Source: an uncultured Acidimicrobiaceae bacterium (GTDB lineage: Bacteria; Actinomycetota; Acidimicrobiia; Spongiisociales; ZC4RG35). Taken from it: a stretch of DNA of 64,000 bases. Position 1 is the stretch's first letter; every line of letters begins with the position of its first letter. The notes under the pieces were generated by a model. That model worked only from the letters and a program-made list of their open reading frames with translations. It had not been told where the DNA came from and ran no database searches. A program made the position numbers and the translations under genes. The DNA lies in contig CAZLEQ010000005.1 in assembly GCA_964558575.1 (NCBI GenBank), positions 3,743 to 67,742 of the forward strand. Reading direction: 5' to 3'. This document shows, piece by piece, positions 20,052 through 30,299 of this stretch.

Positions 20052-23000
20052 GCCCTTCTGGCTCGAAGGCCTGGGATGCCTCGATCTCTCCCCGGCCGCC
20101 GGTACGTCTCGAGATGGCAGCCATCAGCTCGGCGTCGGGATCTCCAGGCAGGAACTCGGCGGCGAAGGAGCGTGTGGCGAGGGTGGAGAGGACCACCGCC
20201 TCGCCGTCGGGGATGTCGACCCGCACCCCGACCGCATAGGTCCCGCCCTGGCGTGCGGGCGCCACCGCTCCGAACTCGTGGCCGGAGATCCGATCGAGAC
20301 GCACCTCCTGGGAGGTGCCGTCTGGATAGCTGATCCGGGCGAGGGGCTCGGTGCCGGCGGGCCACTCCTCGGCTCCCTCGAGGGTGACGCTCATCACCTC
20401 GTCGGTGATCTTGGCGTCGATGCGCTGTCCCTCCGACCCGCTCAGCGGGAACGTGTCGCGAACCACGGTGGACCAGAAATCACTGAAACCCTCCCACCCG
20501 GCCCAGCCCGACGCCCAGCGATCCCCTCCGTCGGAGGTCCAGGCGGTGACCCGTCCCAGGCCGACCCGCCAGGCGGCGAGGAGAGGGTCACTCATCTCCC
20601 CGATCTGAAGCTGGATCTCGGCTGTCGGCTTGGGGGTGGTCGCCACGTAGCCGAGGATCGCCGGCGACGCCGCCAGATCACGCACCGCCTCGGCCGTCGA
20701 AGTGACCACCGGGAAGAACTGGCCTTCGTTGATGAACGATCTGGAGGCGAGACGGGCCTCCTGCACGAAGATCTCCGGAATCTCGTTGAGGTCTCGGCCC
20801 GGGTAGAAGCGCCCGTTCCCGGCGGCGGCCACCTCCTCCAGGGCTGGGATGGCGCCCTCCCCGGTGCCCACCACCGAGACCGTGATCCCCAGATCGGCGA
20901 TCTCCTTCACCTTCTCCAACAGGTTGGCGGTGAACGGGCCTCCGCCGAAGTCCTCGCCCAGATCGAGCTCCGTGGTGAAGCCGTCGGTGAACAGGATGAT
21001 GTGCTTCAGCTCCTTGTCGGAGGCGAGGAGCTCCTCGGCGGCTGCGTCCATCGCGGGGACGATCCGGGTCTCGCCGGATGGGCGCAGTGAGCCGATGCCG
21101 CTCGCGATGGTGGCCCGGTCGGGGAACTCCTGTAGGGGGATCACCCACTCCGTGGTTCCGCTGAAGGCGAGTACCCCCACTTCGTCGCCGCTGCCCAGGG
21201 CCTCGATCGCCCGGGTGGCGGCAGCCTTGGATATGTCGGTCTTGTTGACTCCTCCTTCCTCGGCGAACATGCCACGGTCGGTGCAGTGACAGGCTCCCAT
21301 CGACTCGCTGGTGTCGATGAGGAGGACCTCGGCCACCTCGGCCTCACGTTGGGTGTCCGGGGCGTCGGAGTCGACCGGGAGCAAGCCCTCCAGGGGAGTG
21401 TCCCGGTATCCACCCAGTCCGTATGAATGAGTGCCACCGACCACGACCATCCCTCTTCCCAGGTCGCGCACGAAGGTCTCGAGAGTCGAGAACCTCTCGT
21501 CACTGAGGTCGCGTGCGCTCACGTCTACCAGCACCACGGATCGGTGGATCGACAGTTCTTGAAGCCCTGGCATCTCCTCGATCGAGGTTCGCTCGACCTC
21601 GAGACCGCGTGCGGTCAAGGCCTCTTCGAGGATCAACCCCCTGTCGGTCTCTCCCTCGACGATCATCACGCTGGTGGCCCCCCGCACCTCCACCCCGGCA
21701 CGATGCGTGTCGTTCTGGGGCACGGCATCACCGGTCATCCGCACTCGGGCGGTGTACTGGTGCAGGCCCGACTCTCCGGCCTCCACGTTGAACACCGCAT
21801 AGTTCGAGCCGGGAGTCAGCGAGATCTCCTGGGTTCCCACGATCCGGTCCTCTTGGGCCAGCTCGACGATGGCCTCTGCGGAGATGGTCGAGAGGATCTC
21901 GACCGACACATCGAAGGCCTCGCCCTCGTTGACCGACGAAGGCACGTCGACAGCCGATATCGCGGCGTCTGTCACCGTGCTCCCCAAGATGGTGTTGACG
22001 TCGACGACGACGCCGAGAGTCTCCAGCCGCTCCAGTTCGGCCTGGAGATCTCCGGCGTTGGCCCTTCCGTCGGAGACCAGCACGATCCGCTGGCGAGTGT
22101 CTCCGGCCAGGATCGACTCGGCGAGACGCAGGCCCCTGGCCAGATTGGTCGCCTCTGCCTCGACCCCCCGGGCCCGGCGATAGGGCTCGGTGCCCAATGG
22201 GGTCCCTACCCGCGCGTCGGACCCGAACTCAACTACTGCCCACTCGGCTCCGCCGGCGTCGGTCAGTGCCGACTCCACCCATGCCCGCGCCATCTGGCGC
22301 CCTCCGTCTCCCATCGACTCCGACACGTCGACGACGAACACCGTGGCGACGTCATCGGAGCTCCTCACGAACGGCGGGTTGACGAGGGCCAGCACACAAA
22401 GCGCGACGATGAGAGCGCGCACGACCAGTCCGATGCGCCATTGTCGCGACGGCACTCCTCTCGCCCGGGCGCTGATGTACAGCTCCAGTGCCAGGACCAC
22501 GAAGAGGGCAGCAAGCACCCAGGGGAGGAGAGATCGGGCGATCGTGGTCGTGGCGTCGACCAAGGGCTGGGCGTCGGGTGCGGGACGCAGCCCGGGGAGT
22601 GACTCCCTGGGGGCGAGATCCGACTCGGCCGGGTCGGTGTTGACCGCGATATCGACGGGATCCGACCCGTCACGGGCCACCGTCCAGAAGCCGGCCATCG
22701 TGGCCACCGGGGCTGAATCGCCCACCGAGATCGTCGTGGTGTTGCCACGCGGATCGGTCACCGTGGCGCCACTGGCCCCGACCGGCAGCGGCTCACCGAC
22801 GATCAGTGGCTCGGAGACGCCCTCGGAGGTGGCGAGGGCGCCCACCATCCGGGCCCCGAGGATCGGATAGGCGATATCTATCGGCAGATTCGATTGCTCG
22901 AGCGTGAAGGCGAAATAGTAGAAGGGCACCCCCGAGGCATCCCCCTCGACGATCAGAGGGGCACCCGGTGCCCCCAACACCACCTCCCCGCTGGTGACCT

Positions 23001-24228
23001 CGAGAGCCTGAGCCTCGGCGATGGCGATACGACTGACATCGATGTCCTCGAGTAGCGGGTGGTTGGCGCGCAGGGTGGGAATGGGGTTTTCGATCCGCCC
23101 CACCGGAGTGACGCCGGGGGCACCGCCGGGGACGTCGATGGCGATGAAGGGGATCGTGGGGTCGGGGGGAACGGGGACGCCAGCGTAGATCTCGAAGTCC
23201 ACCTCCTGGGCTGGGGCGACGTCGAAGTCCACCTCGGGGAGCGAGCCGAGCAGGCGGTCGATGAAGAAACGGCTCTCCCCGTGCACCCGCGCCCGCAGCG
23301 CGCCGAGCACGGGTGCGCTCACGTAGCGTTGGTTGTCGAGTGCCATCAGGTCCTCGCCGTCGAGGTAGGCGGCGACGCGCGTGCCGGTGGGCAGTTCATA
23401 CGCCTCTTCCACCACGCCCCCACCAGGGATCTCGATTTGCTGGCTCAACACCGTGATCCCGTCCACGTCGAGACGGACTATCTGGATGGCGTCGGGCCCG
23501 CCGGTCGACTCGATGGTGACCCGGGCCTGCATCCCTCCCGGCCCCGAGGTGACGGAGAGGTCGGTGATGGCGCGGTTGGTGTCGGTTCGTCCGATCGGAA
23601 CGAAACGAGTCCCCAGTGGGGCCAGACGCTGCTCCTGCTCGGTGAGCTGACCGTCGGAGAGGAGGACGAAATCGCTTTCCCGCTCGGGGAGCACCAGGGA
23701 CTCGGCCAGGGAGAATGCCGATTCGAAGTCGGCGCCGCCACCGCTGCTCCGGATGGTGTCCGCGGCTTTGGAGAACTCGTCGGGATCGTCACTGTGCGAC
23801 ACCAGGACCGTGGGGCGGGGTGAGGCCACCACGAGGCTGGCGATTCCCTGGTCGGGCAGTTCCGCCCGCAGTTGTTTCGCCTCCGCCACCGCCGAGCCGA
23901 GCCGGTCGGGGTCGCCGTCGATGGCCGACATGGAGGCGGAAGCGTCGACGATGAAGACGGTGTGCTCGGCAAGGTCGGCCTGTTCGAGCAGGGCCGGGCG
24001 GGCGAGAGCGAGCGCGAACAACACCACCGCGGCGAGCTGGAGGATCAGGAGCAGGCTCCAGCGCAGCTTCTGCCAAGGCTCGGCCGCGGTTATGGCGTGC
24101 TTCAGTCCATCCCAATGGAGCAGCGAGGACACCGACGTTGGCGGTCGACGGGGGGTCAGCATGTGGAGGATGACGATCGGCGCGGCGAGGAGGAGCGCGG
24201 TGAGGCCGACCGGCAGCAGCAGGCTCAT
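19867..24228 (-). CDS. BatA-N/VWA/GATase1-like multidomain membrane protein
   Basis: BatA N-terminus (PIVILHML, LLLILQLAA...LARP); three MIDAS motifs DASAS, DVSES, DTSES; GATase-like GGYRDTPLEGLLPV. Confidence 0.85.
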   Translation of the reverse strand: MSLLLPVGLTALLLAAPIVILHMLTPRRPPTSVSSLLHWDGLKHAITAAEPWQKLRWSLLLILQLAAVVLFALALARPALLEQADLAEHTVFIVDASASMSAIDGDPDRLGSAVAEAKQLRAELPDQGIASLVVASPRPTVLVSHSDDPDEFSKAADTIRSSGGGADFESAFSLAESLVLPERESDFVLLSDGQLTEQEQRLAPLGTRFVPIGRTDTNRAITDLSVTSGPGGMQARVTIESTGGPDAIQIVRLDVDGITVLSQQIEIPGGGVVEEAYELPTGTRVAAYLDGEDLMALDNQRYVSAPVLGALRARVHGESRFFIDRLLGSLPEVDFDVAPAQEVDFEIYAGVPVPPDPTIPFIAIDVPGGAPGVTPVGRIENPIPTLRANHPLLEDIDVSRIAIAEAQALEVTSGEVVLGAPGAPLIVEGDASGVPFYYFAFTLEQSNLPIDIAYPILGARMVGALATSEGVSEPLIVGEPLPVGASGATVTDPRGNTTTISVGDSAPVATMAGFWTVARDGSDPVDIAVNTDPAESDLAPRESLPGLRPAPDAQPLVDATTTIARSLLPWVLAALFVVLALELYISARARGVPSRQWRIGLVVRALIVALCVLALVNPPFVRSSDDVATVFVVDVSESMGDGGRQMARAWVESALTDAGGAEWAVVEFGSDARVGTPLGTEPYRRARGVEAEATNLARGLRLAESILAGDTRQRIVLVSDGRANAGDLQAELERLETLGVVVDVNTILGSTVTDAAISAVDVPSSVNEGEAFDVSVEILSTISAEAIVELAQEDRIVGTQEISLTPGSNYAVFNVEAGESGLHQYTARVRMTGDAVPQNDTHRAGVEVRGATSVMIVEGETDRGLILEEALTARGLEVERTSIEEMPGLQELSIHRSVVLVDVSARDLSDERFSTLETFVRDLGRGMVVVGGTHSYGLGGYRDTPLEGLLPVDSDAPDTQREAEVAEVLLIDTSESMGACHCTDRGMFAEEGGVNKTDISKAAATRAIEALGSGDEVGVLAFSGTTEWVIPLQEFPDRATIASGIGSLRPSGETRIVPAMDAAAEELLASDKELKHIILFTDGFTTELDLGEDFGGGPFTANLLEKVKEIADLGITVSVVGTGEGAIPALEEVAAAGNGRFYPGRDLNEIPEIFVQEARLASRSFINEGQFFPVVTSTAEAVRDLAASPAILGYVATTPKPTAEIQLQIGEMSDPLLAAWRVGLGRVTAWTSDGGDRWASGWAGWEGFSDFWSTVVRDTFPLSGSEGQRIDAKITDEVMSVTLEGAEEWPAGTEPLARISYPDGTSQEVRLDRISGHEFGAVAPARQGGTYAVGVRVDIPDGEAVVLSTLATRSFAAEFLPGDPDAELMAAISRRTGGRGEIEASQAFEPEGLTAGVTESYLRWWFLLIAALLWPVDVALRRLRLSRREQPDPPDPSRSPPPRPTSPEASRTR

Positions 24229-25085
24229 CTCAGCACGCCGGCGGCGCGCCAGGTCCTCATGAGCAAGGCCTCGACGTCGTCGTCGGCGTCGACTGCCTCG
24301 AAGCTGGCCCCGGCGCCGCGTGCTGCCCTGGCCACCTGATCGCGCCAGGCCCTCACCCGGTCCCGGTAGGAGGCGGCCACGTCGTCGGTGACGCTGACGG
24401 TGAGCCGTTCACCGAGCTCACGATCGACCAACTCGAGATCCCCCGAGAATTCCGGCTCAAGGTCGTCCTCACAGAGGACGTGGAGAATGGTGACGTCAGA
24501 GCCGGAGGCACGAAGTTGGACCAGGGATCGCCACTCTGTCGTCAGCAGATCGGAGAGGACGATGGTGAGGCCCGGCAGACTGCTTTGGCCGAGCAGATGA
24601 CGGGCCGCATCGGCGAAAGGGGTCAACCCGGTGGCTTCGAGATCCTCGACGTAGTCGAGGAACGAGGGCACCGCGGCGCGGCCGGCGAAACGCGGTGACG
24701 GAGCTCGAGCGGGGAAGGTGTGCACTGAGACCGAGTCGTGGGCGGAGAGGGCGACGAAGCCGAGAGCGGCAGCCAGCCGCTTCGCCTGAAGCATCTTCCC
24801 TCCCACCGCCATCGACCCCGAGGCGTCGATGAGGAGGCGAACGGTGATCTCGTCGTCCGCCTCGTAGAGCTTGATGAGCACCTGGTCGAGTCGTGCCAGC
24901 ACGTGATAGTCGATGCGGCGGAAGTCGTCGCCCGGGTGATACTCGCGGAAGTCAGCGAAGTCGACGGTGTTTCCGTAGCGCTTCGACTTGTGATCCCCGC
25001 CAAATCGACCGATGAGACGATGTCGGCTGGCGAGTTGGAGGCTCTCGAGCCTGGCCATCAATGCCGGGCTGAGAAGCGTGGTCAC
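24225..25085 (-). CDS. DUF58 protein
   Basis: DFADFREYHPGDDFRRID, DASGSM, VLSDL; start overlaps moxR stop. Confidence 0.9.
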   Translation of the reverse strand: MTTLLSPALMARLESLQLASRHRLIGRFGGDHKSKRYGNTVDFADFREYHPGDDFRRIDYHVLARLDQVLIKLYEADDEITVRLLIDASGSMAVGGKMLQAKRLAAALGFVALSAHDSVSVHTFPARAPSPRFAGRAAVPSFLDYVEDLEATGLTPFADAARHLLGQSSLPGLTIVLSDLLTTEWRSLVQLRASGSDVTILHVLCEDDLEPEFSGDLELVDRELGERLTVSVTDDVAASYRDRVRAWRDQVARAARGAGASFEAVDADDDVEALLMRTWRAAGVLR

Positions 25086-26095
25086 GGGGCTCCCCGGATT
25101 TCCGGTCTCGGCTCGGGCACCGAATGGATGACTTCGTCGATGATGGCATCGGTGCCGACACCCTCGGCCGTTGCCTCGTAACCGAGCACCAGGCGGTGGC
25201 GCAGTGCGGCCGGAGCGGCCCAGCGAATGTCCTCTGCGGTCACGTGGGGGCGGCCGTCGATGATCGCAGCCGCTTTCGCCGCGAGGATGATGGATTGGGC
25301 TCCGCGGGGGGACGAGCCCCATCTGACGTAGCGCTTGACCGGTGGAGTGGCGTTGTCACCCTCGGGATGGGTGGCGACGATGATCTGCGACACGTAGCTG
25401 AGCAGATGCGAGGCCACCGGAAGCCTCGGGGTCATTCCGATCATCGACTCGATGGTCTCCATGTCTGCCACCAGGGGCACCTCAGGCACCGCCCCGGTGG
25501 TGGTGCGTCGGAGGATCTCCTCGAGCACTTCCGCCGTCGGGGGGTTGACCGTTGCCTTGAACATGAAGCGGTCGAGCTGAGCCTCCGGTAGGGGGTAGGT
25601 GCCTTCGAGCTCGATCGGGTTCTGTGTGGCGAGAACCAGGAACGGGCGGGGGAGAGAGCGGGTCTCGCCGGCCACGGTGACATGACTCTCTTGCATCGCC
25701 TCGAGCAGGGCCGCCTGCGTCTTCGGTGTGGCGCGATTGATCTCGTCGGCCAGGAGGAGGTTGGTGAACACCGGCCCGGCCTGGTACTCGAAGCGGCGAT
25801 GACCAGTCTCGGTCTCCTCCAACACCTGGGTTCCGACTATGTCGGCGGGCATCAGGTCAGGGGTGAATTGGATCCGGGAGAACTGGACACCCAGGGCCGC
25901 CGAGAACGCCTTGACCAACTCCGTCTTCCCGAGACCGGGGACACCTTCGAGGAGCACGTGACCCTCGGCGAGCAGCCCGACGAGGGTTTGGCGGATCAGC
26001 TCGGGCTGGCCTGCGATCCGCCGACCGACCGCGGACTCGATGTCCGCGGCGACTTCGGTGTATCGGTCGAGATCGGTCTGCTCGAGATTGGTCAA
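25082..26095 (-). CDS. moxR: MoxR family AAA+ ATPase
   Basis: GVPGLGKT, RIQFTPDLMPAD, DEINRA, ATQNPIELEGTYPLPEAQLDRF. Confidence 0.95.
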   Translation of the reverse strand: MTNLEQTDLDRYTEVAADIESAVGRRIAGQPELIRQTLVGLLAEGHVLLEGVPGLGKTELVKAFSAALGVQFSRIQFTPDLMPADIVGTQVLEETETGHRRFEYQAGPVFTNLLLADEINRATPKTQAALLEAMQESHVTVAGETRSLPRPFLVLATQNPIELEGTYPLPEAQLDRFMFKATVNPPTAEVLEEILRRTTTGAVPEVPLVADMETIESMIGMTPRLPVASHLLSYVSQIIVATHPEGDNATPPVKRYVRWGSSPRGAQSIILAAKAAAIIDGRPHVTAEDIRWAAPAALRHRLVLGYEATAEGVGTDAIIDEVIHSVPEPRPEIRGAP

Positions 26096-26103
26096 CGTCC
26101 CTC

Positions 26104-27711
26104 CTAGCGGGCCTCGGCGGCGAGTAGTTCGAAGTAGGTCTGGACGATGGTGCGCATCGAAGGGGGAAGCTGGAGTGCCCCGAGCGCGTCGGCTGCCTGA
26201 TTCAGATACTCCGGAAGCACCTGTGCATAGGGGACGATCGCCTCGCCTCGCGCGGTGGGGCCATCGGCGCGCCCCAGAACGTCACCGTCGCCGCTGCCTC
26301 CAGCGATGTCGACCTGGAGCAGTTCGGCGAGTGCGTCGGATTCGGTCGGGCTGAACACGTTGGCGGTCTCGACCTCGGAGCCGTGGTCCTCGGTGCCGCC
26401 GGCTCCGACGTTGCCCTGCCCTCCCTGGCCGGAGGCGTTGCCGTCTCCGGGAGCCACATTCGAGATCTCACCGCTGCCGCCATCGGACTGCTGGCCTCCG
26501 CCGCCGCCCTGGCCCCCTTGCCCTTGGCCTTCCCCCTGCCCTTGGCCCTGTCCTCGCCCCTCTCCGATGCCCCGGCCTTCGTCGTCGTCCTGCCCCTGGC
26601 CGTCGCCCTCGCCCTGGCCAGAGGTCCCGGCTCCGGCCAGGCGGGTTCGGGCACCCTCGAGGGCCCGCTGGGTCTCGCTGAGCGCCTGTTGTCCTCTGGC
26701 TCCATCGATACCCGACTCCTGTTCTCCGGCCGCGCGCTGCAAGGCCCGCGCCGCAGCCTCCAGATCACCAGAGTCGATGGCGCGGGCTGCGTCTGACAGC
26801 TCGCTGGAGAGTTCAGGGTTTCCCGCGGCCTGCGACTCGGCGAGGTCGGAGAGGCGATCGGCCAGTGCGGCCAGCTCCGGCTCGGAGAGATCCCCGAGCT
26901 CGTTGGCTACATGCTCGAGCTGAGAGACGGCGTCGAGCGGGGCGCCGTCGGACAGCGGTCGCAGCGCCAGGTCGCGGGCCAGACCCTGAACCGCGGCCTT
27001 CTGTGACAAGAAGTCGGGGTCGACCTGGCCGTCCAGCCGCTTCTCGGCGTTCTCGAGCGACTGCACCGCCTCCTCCAGGGACTCCGCCTGACGGAGCTCC
27101 TGTGCGAGTCTCTCCAACTCGGCTGCGATCTCGGCGGCCGTCTCCACATCGGACTCCTCTATTGCGGCAGCGATGCGCTCGAGCTGTTCCGCCTCGGCCT
27201 CGATCGCCGTCGCCAGATCCGAGGACAGGGCAGGTGTCGAACCGAGCGGAGGGAGTAGCCCGATGATCACGGCCAGGGCGGCAGCCATGCCGAACTGGCG
27301 GAGCCGGGAGCGGTTGGCACCTATCGGAATTGCCGCGGAGGGCTTTGAGCCAACGGCCAACGAGTCGGCACGTTGCTGGATGGCGAGGTGCACCCCATTG
27401 GCAGGGTCACCGAACTCGAGGGCAGTGGTGAAGGCGTCACGGGCTCCGAGGCCACGCTCCGCGGCCCGGGCCGCGTCCCAGGGCGTGATGCGAAGTGTCG
27501 TCGCCCTGATGATCAGGACGAGGACGAAGCCGGCCGCCAGGGCACCGGAGAAGAGCGGCCCGCGGTCGAAGGAAGTCAGTCGGTCGGCGCCGAGGGCGAG
27601 GACGATTGCGATCCCGAGATAGGGCGCATACTGCTGGGCGGTGGCAGACAGCCAGGCCAGACGCATACGTGCGCGGATGCGTCTGAGGAATCCCTGTCGA
27701 CTTTCGCTCAA
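26104..27711 (-). CDS. MoxR-associated membrane-anchored coiled-coil protein with Gly/Gln-rich region
   Basis: N-terminal TMs, long helical region, GQG repeats, C-terminal VPY...Y...LPP...V.TYF. Confidence 0.75.
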   Translation of the reverse strand: MSESRQGFLRRIRARMRLAWLSATAQQYAPYLGIAIVLALGADRLTSFDRGPLFSGALAAGFVLVLIIRATTLRITPWDAARAAERGLGARDAFTTALEFGDPANGVHLAIQQRADSLAVGSKPSAAIPIGANRSRLRQFGMAAALAVIIGLLPPLGSTPALSSDLATAIEAEAEQLERIAAAIEESDVETAAEIAAELERLAQELRQAESLEEAVQSLENAEKRLDGQVDPDFLSQKAAVQGLARDLALRPLSDGAPLDAVSQLEHVANELGDLSEPELAALADRLSDLAESQAAGNPELSSELSDAARAIDSGDLEAAARALQRAAGEQESGIDGARGQQALSETQRALEGARTRLAGAGTSGQGEGDGQGQDDDEGRGIGEGRGQGQGQGEGQGQGGQGGGGGQQSDGGSGEISNVAPGDGNASGQGGQGNVGAGGTEDHGSEVETANVFSPTESDALAELLQVDIAGGSGDGDVLGRADGPTARGEAIVPYAQVLPEYLNQAADALGALQLPPSMRTIVQTYFELLAAEAR

Positions 27712-27734
27712 ACTGACATCTCCTCGGGATGTAA

Positions 27735-27761
27735 GACGCTCCGCGACCGGAGCACGGTTCC
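27735..27761 (-). promoter_or_regulatory. Putative ECF-sigma promoter of the MoxR operon
   Basis: GGAACC-N17-CGTC on the minus strand just upstream of GAGGAG and the first gene. Confidence 0.55.
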
Positions 27762-27851
27762 CTCATGGACGCCCGGCACAGAGTAAAGCAGGGTCCGCGA
27801 CATGTCTGATTGACGCCGATTGCCGGTACCTTCTTCCGGGTCTTGGGAAAC

Positions 27852-30299
27852 ATGCCCTCCAGCTCGATGTGGCGACGCCTCGCTGTCATCAGCGGGTTGA
27901 GTGCGGTTGCCTTCGTCGCTCCGGTCCTCGACCTGTACGGGGACAATCCCGAGGTGTTCGTCGCCAACAGGTCGAGCGCACACGAGATCCTCCTCTTCGG
28001 CATCGGGATTGCGCTCCTCGTCCCCCTTCTGGCCTGGGCCGCCTTGGCGGCGGCCGACGCCGTCGGAGGCCGCTTCCCTCATGTCGTCTACCGGAGTCTC
28101 GTTGCCTTCTTGGCGATCGGGGCGGGACTGGTGATCAGCCGGCAGATGCAGCCCGACCACACGGTTCTCGCCGCCGTAGTGGCGGTGATCGCTGCCGTGT
28201 TGGTGTACTGGGCGGTGTCCAATATCGACGTTCTCTTTCTCTTGGCTGCGGTGGCGATTCCCCTGTCCGTGGTGATGTTCCTCGGCACCTCCGCCACCGC
28301 ACGGCTGATATGGGAGGAGCCCGAGATCGTTGAGGGTGCGGAGGAAGTGGGCAATCCGGCGCACCTGGTGGTGCTCCAACTCGACGAGATGCCGCTGGCA
28401 TCCATCATGGACACCGACGGCACGGTGAACCAGGCACTGTTTCCCAACTTCGCCCGGCTCGCCGGCGACGGCACGTGGTACCGCAATGCGCTCTCGGACT
28501 CGATCGCCACCACTCAGAGCGTCCCCTCGATCCTGACCGGGCTCCGGGGAAGAGAGGACGCCGGCCCGTCGTATCTGGACCACCCCGACAACCTCTTCAC
28601 CCTCTTGGGCGACTCATACGAGATGCATGTGATCGAGTGGGTGGCCGAGCTCTGCCCTGAAGACGTTTGCCCCGAGTACGCCGGTCGAGCCCCGGCGCGG
28701 TTCTCCAACCTCCTCCAGGACGTCGGAGTGGTCTATGGGCACCTCACCCTCCCCGGGGCGATGAGGGATAGGTTGCCCAGCATCGGGAACGCATGGGCCG
28801 GTTTCCTCGGCCAGGAGGAGCCTGCAGAGGGTGTCGGCGTCGCAGTGGACGGTGTCCCGGTGCCACCCGGCCATGAACGCCAGGAGTGGGTCGACTGGGT
28901 GCAACGACTGATCAACGGCATCGATCGCGACACCCCGCCGACGCTCAGCTATGCCCACTTACGCGCGCCGCATGTCCCCTGGGAAACCAATCCGTCGGGC
29001 ACCCACTACGAGCGTCCCGAGCAGTACACAGAGGTACAAGGGGTCGAGGGCGACGGGCGATGGGGTCCTGAGCCGGGGCCGGCACTCCTCGGATTCCAGC
29101 GACACCTCTATCAGGTGGGGTTCCTCGACACGATGCTGGGTCGTCTCCTCGATCGAGTCGAGCAAGCGGGCAACTGGGACGACACGATGATCGTGGTCAT
29201 CGCCGATCATGGGGCATCGTTCGTGCCCGGGGAGCATCGCCGCTGGCCGTTCGAGGACAACCGCGACGACCTGTACCGGATCCCGTTCTTCGTCAAGTAT
29301 CCGGGTCAGACCGCCGGGGAGACGATCGACCTCCCGGCGTTCGGCATCGATCTCCTCCCCACCATCGTCGATGCTCTCGAGATCGAGACCGATTGGGAGT
29401 TCGACGGGATCTCTTTGCTCCAACTGGACTTCGAGCGGCCCCATGAGCCCATCCACTGGTGCTGTAATGGGGAGGGGGCCAGCATCGACCTGAATGTCCT
29501 CAACGCCCAAGTGCAGCGGAACCACCAGTGGATACCGGACCAGACCAGCTGGAGGGGCGTGGCCGGGATCGGCCCCATGGCCCCGCTGGTGGGCACCCCG
29601 GTCACAGAGATCGAGGTCAGCTCTGACGCCGGCTTTCGTTGGTCGATCGAGCTCGGCACCGACCTCGACTCGGTCGACAGGACGTCGGGCAAGGTGCAGA
29701 CCCTGATCACCGGACGTGTCGAGGCCGACCGTCTCCCCGACTCCGATCGGCTTCTCATAGTCCTCAACGACACCGTGGCCGGTGTCGCCCACCTCAGTCG
29801 CGACAGCGTGTCCGGGGGCGCCGTCATCGGCTTGATCGCCGAGGAGCTGGTCCGGGACGGTGCCAACGACGTCGAGTTGTTGCTGCCGGGCGAGTCCGGA
29901 AGCTGGGTTGCCGGAGTTCGGGATGACATCACTCTCGAGTTGGTCACCGCCGACGGGCGCATGCTCGATCTCGGCACCGAGGGCTCGCTTCGGATCCAGG
30001 TCGATTCCGTCGAGGAGACCGAGAACGGATGGGAGGTGGTGGGATGGGCCGCCGATGTGACTGCGAAGGCCACGCCCGACATGGTCTACGTCTACGCGGG
30101 AGACCGGCTGCTGGCCTGGGGCCCACCGAACGAAGACAACGCCAACGTGGTCCGCTGGTTCGATAGTGAAGACTTGCTCCGCTCCGGTTTCGTATTCGAG
30201 GTGAGTGCCGAGGAGGTCCCCCCCGAGATAGCCCAGTTGCTCATCGTCGCCGAGTTCGGGGACGCCGCGGTGGCCGACCCGGCCTCCCTCACCCGCTGA
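27852..30299 (+). CDS. Membrane-anchored sulfatase/alkaline-phosphatase-superfamily transferase
   Basis: About 5 N-terminal TMs, LQLDE, TTQSVPSILTG, PHVPW, ADHG, IPFFVKYP. Confidence 0.85.
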   Translation: MPSSSMWRRLAVISGLSAVAFVAPVLDLYGDNPEVFVANRSSAHEILLFGIGIALLVPLLAWAALAAADAVGGRFPHVVYRSLVAFLAIGAGLVISRQMQPDHTVLAAVVAVIAAVLVYWAVSNIDVLFLLAAVAIPLSVVMFLGTSATARLIWEEPEIVEGAEEVGNPAHLVVLQLDEMPLASIMDTDGTVNQALFPNFARLAGDGTWYRNALSDSIATTQSVPSILTGLRGREDAGPSYLDHPDNLFTLLGDSYEMHVIEWVAELCPEDVCPEYAGRAPARFSNLLQDVGVVYGHLTLPGAMRDRLPSIGNAWAGFLGQEEPAEGVGVAVDGVPVPPGHERQEWVDWVQRLINGIDRDTPPTLSYAHLRAPHVPWETNPSGTHYERPEQYTEVQGVEGDGRWGPEPGPALLGFQRHLYQVGFLDTMLGRLLDRVEQAGNWDDTMIVVIADHGASFVPGEHRRWPFEDNRDDLYRIPFFVKYPGQTAGETIDLPAFGIDLLPTIVDALEIETDWEFDGISLLQLDFERPHEPIHWCCNGEGASIDLNVLNAQVQRNHQWIPDQTSWRGVAGIGPMAPLVGTPVTEIEVSSDAGFRWSIELGTDLDSVDRTSGKVQTLITGRVEADRLPDSDRLLIVLNDTVAGVAHLSRDSVSGGAVIGLIAEELVRDGANDVELLLPGESGSWVAGVRDDITLELVTADGRMLDLGTEGSLRIQVDSVEETENGWEVVGWAADVTAKATPDMVYVYAGDRLLAWGPPNEDNANVVRWFDSEDLLRSGFVFEVSAEEVPPEIAQLLIVAEFGDAAVADPASLTR

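Noticed and set aside
26480-26620. Repetitive CCYTGGCC-like units as a repeat array or CRISPR
   Set aside because: They encode the GQG low-complexity region; no constant repeat/spacer structure
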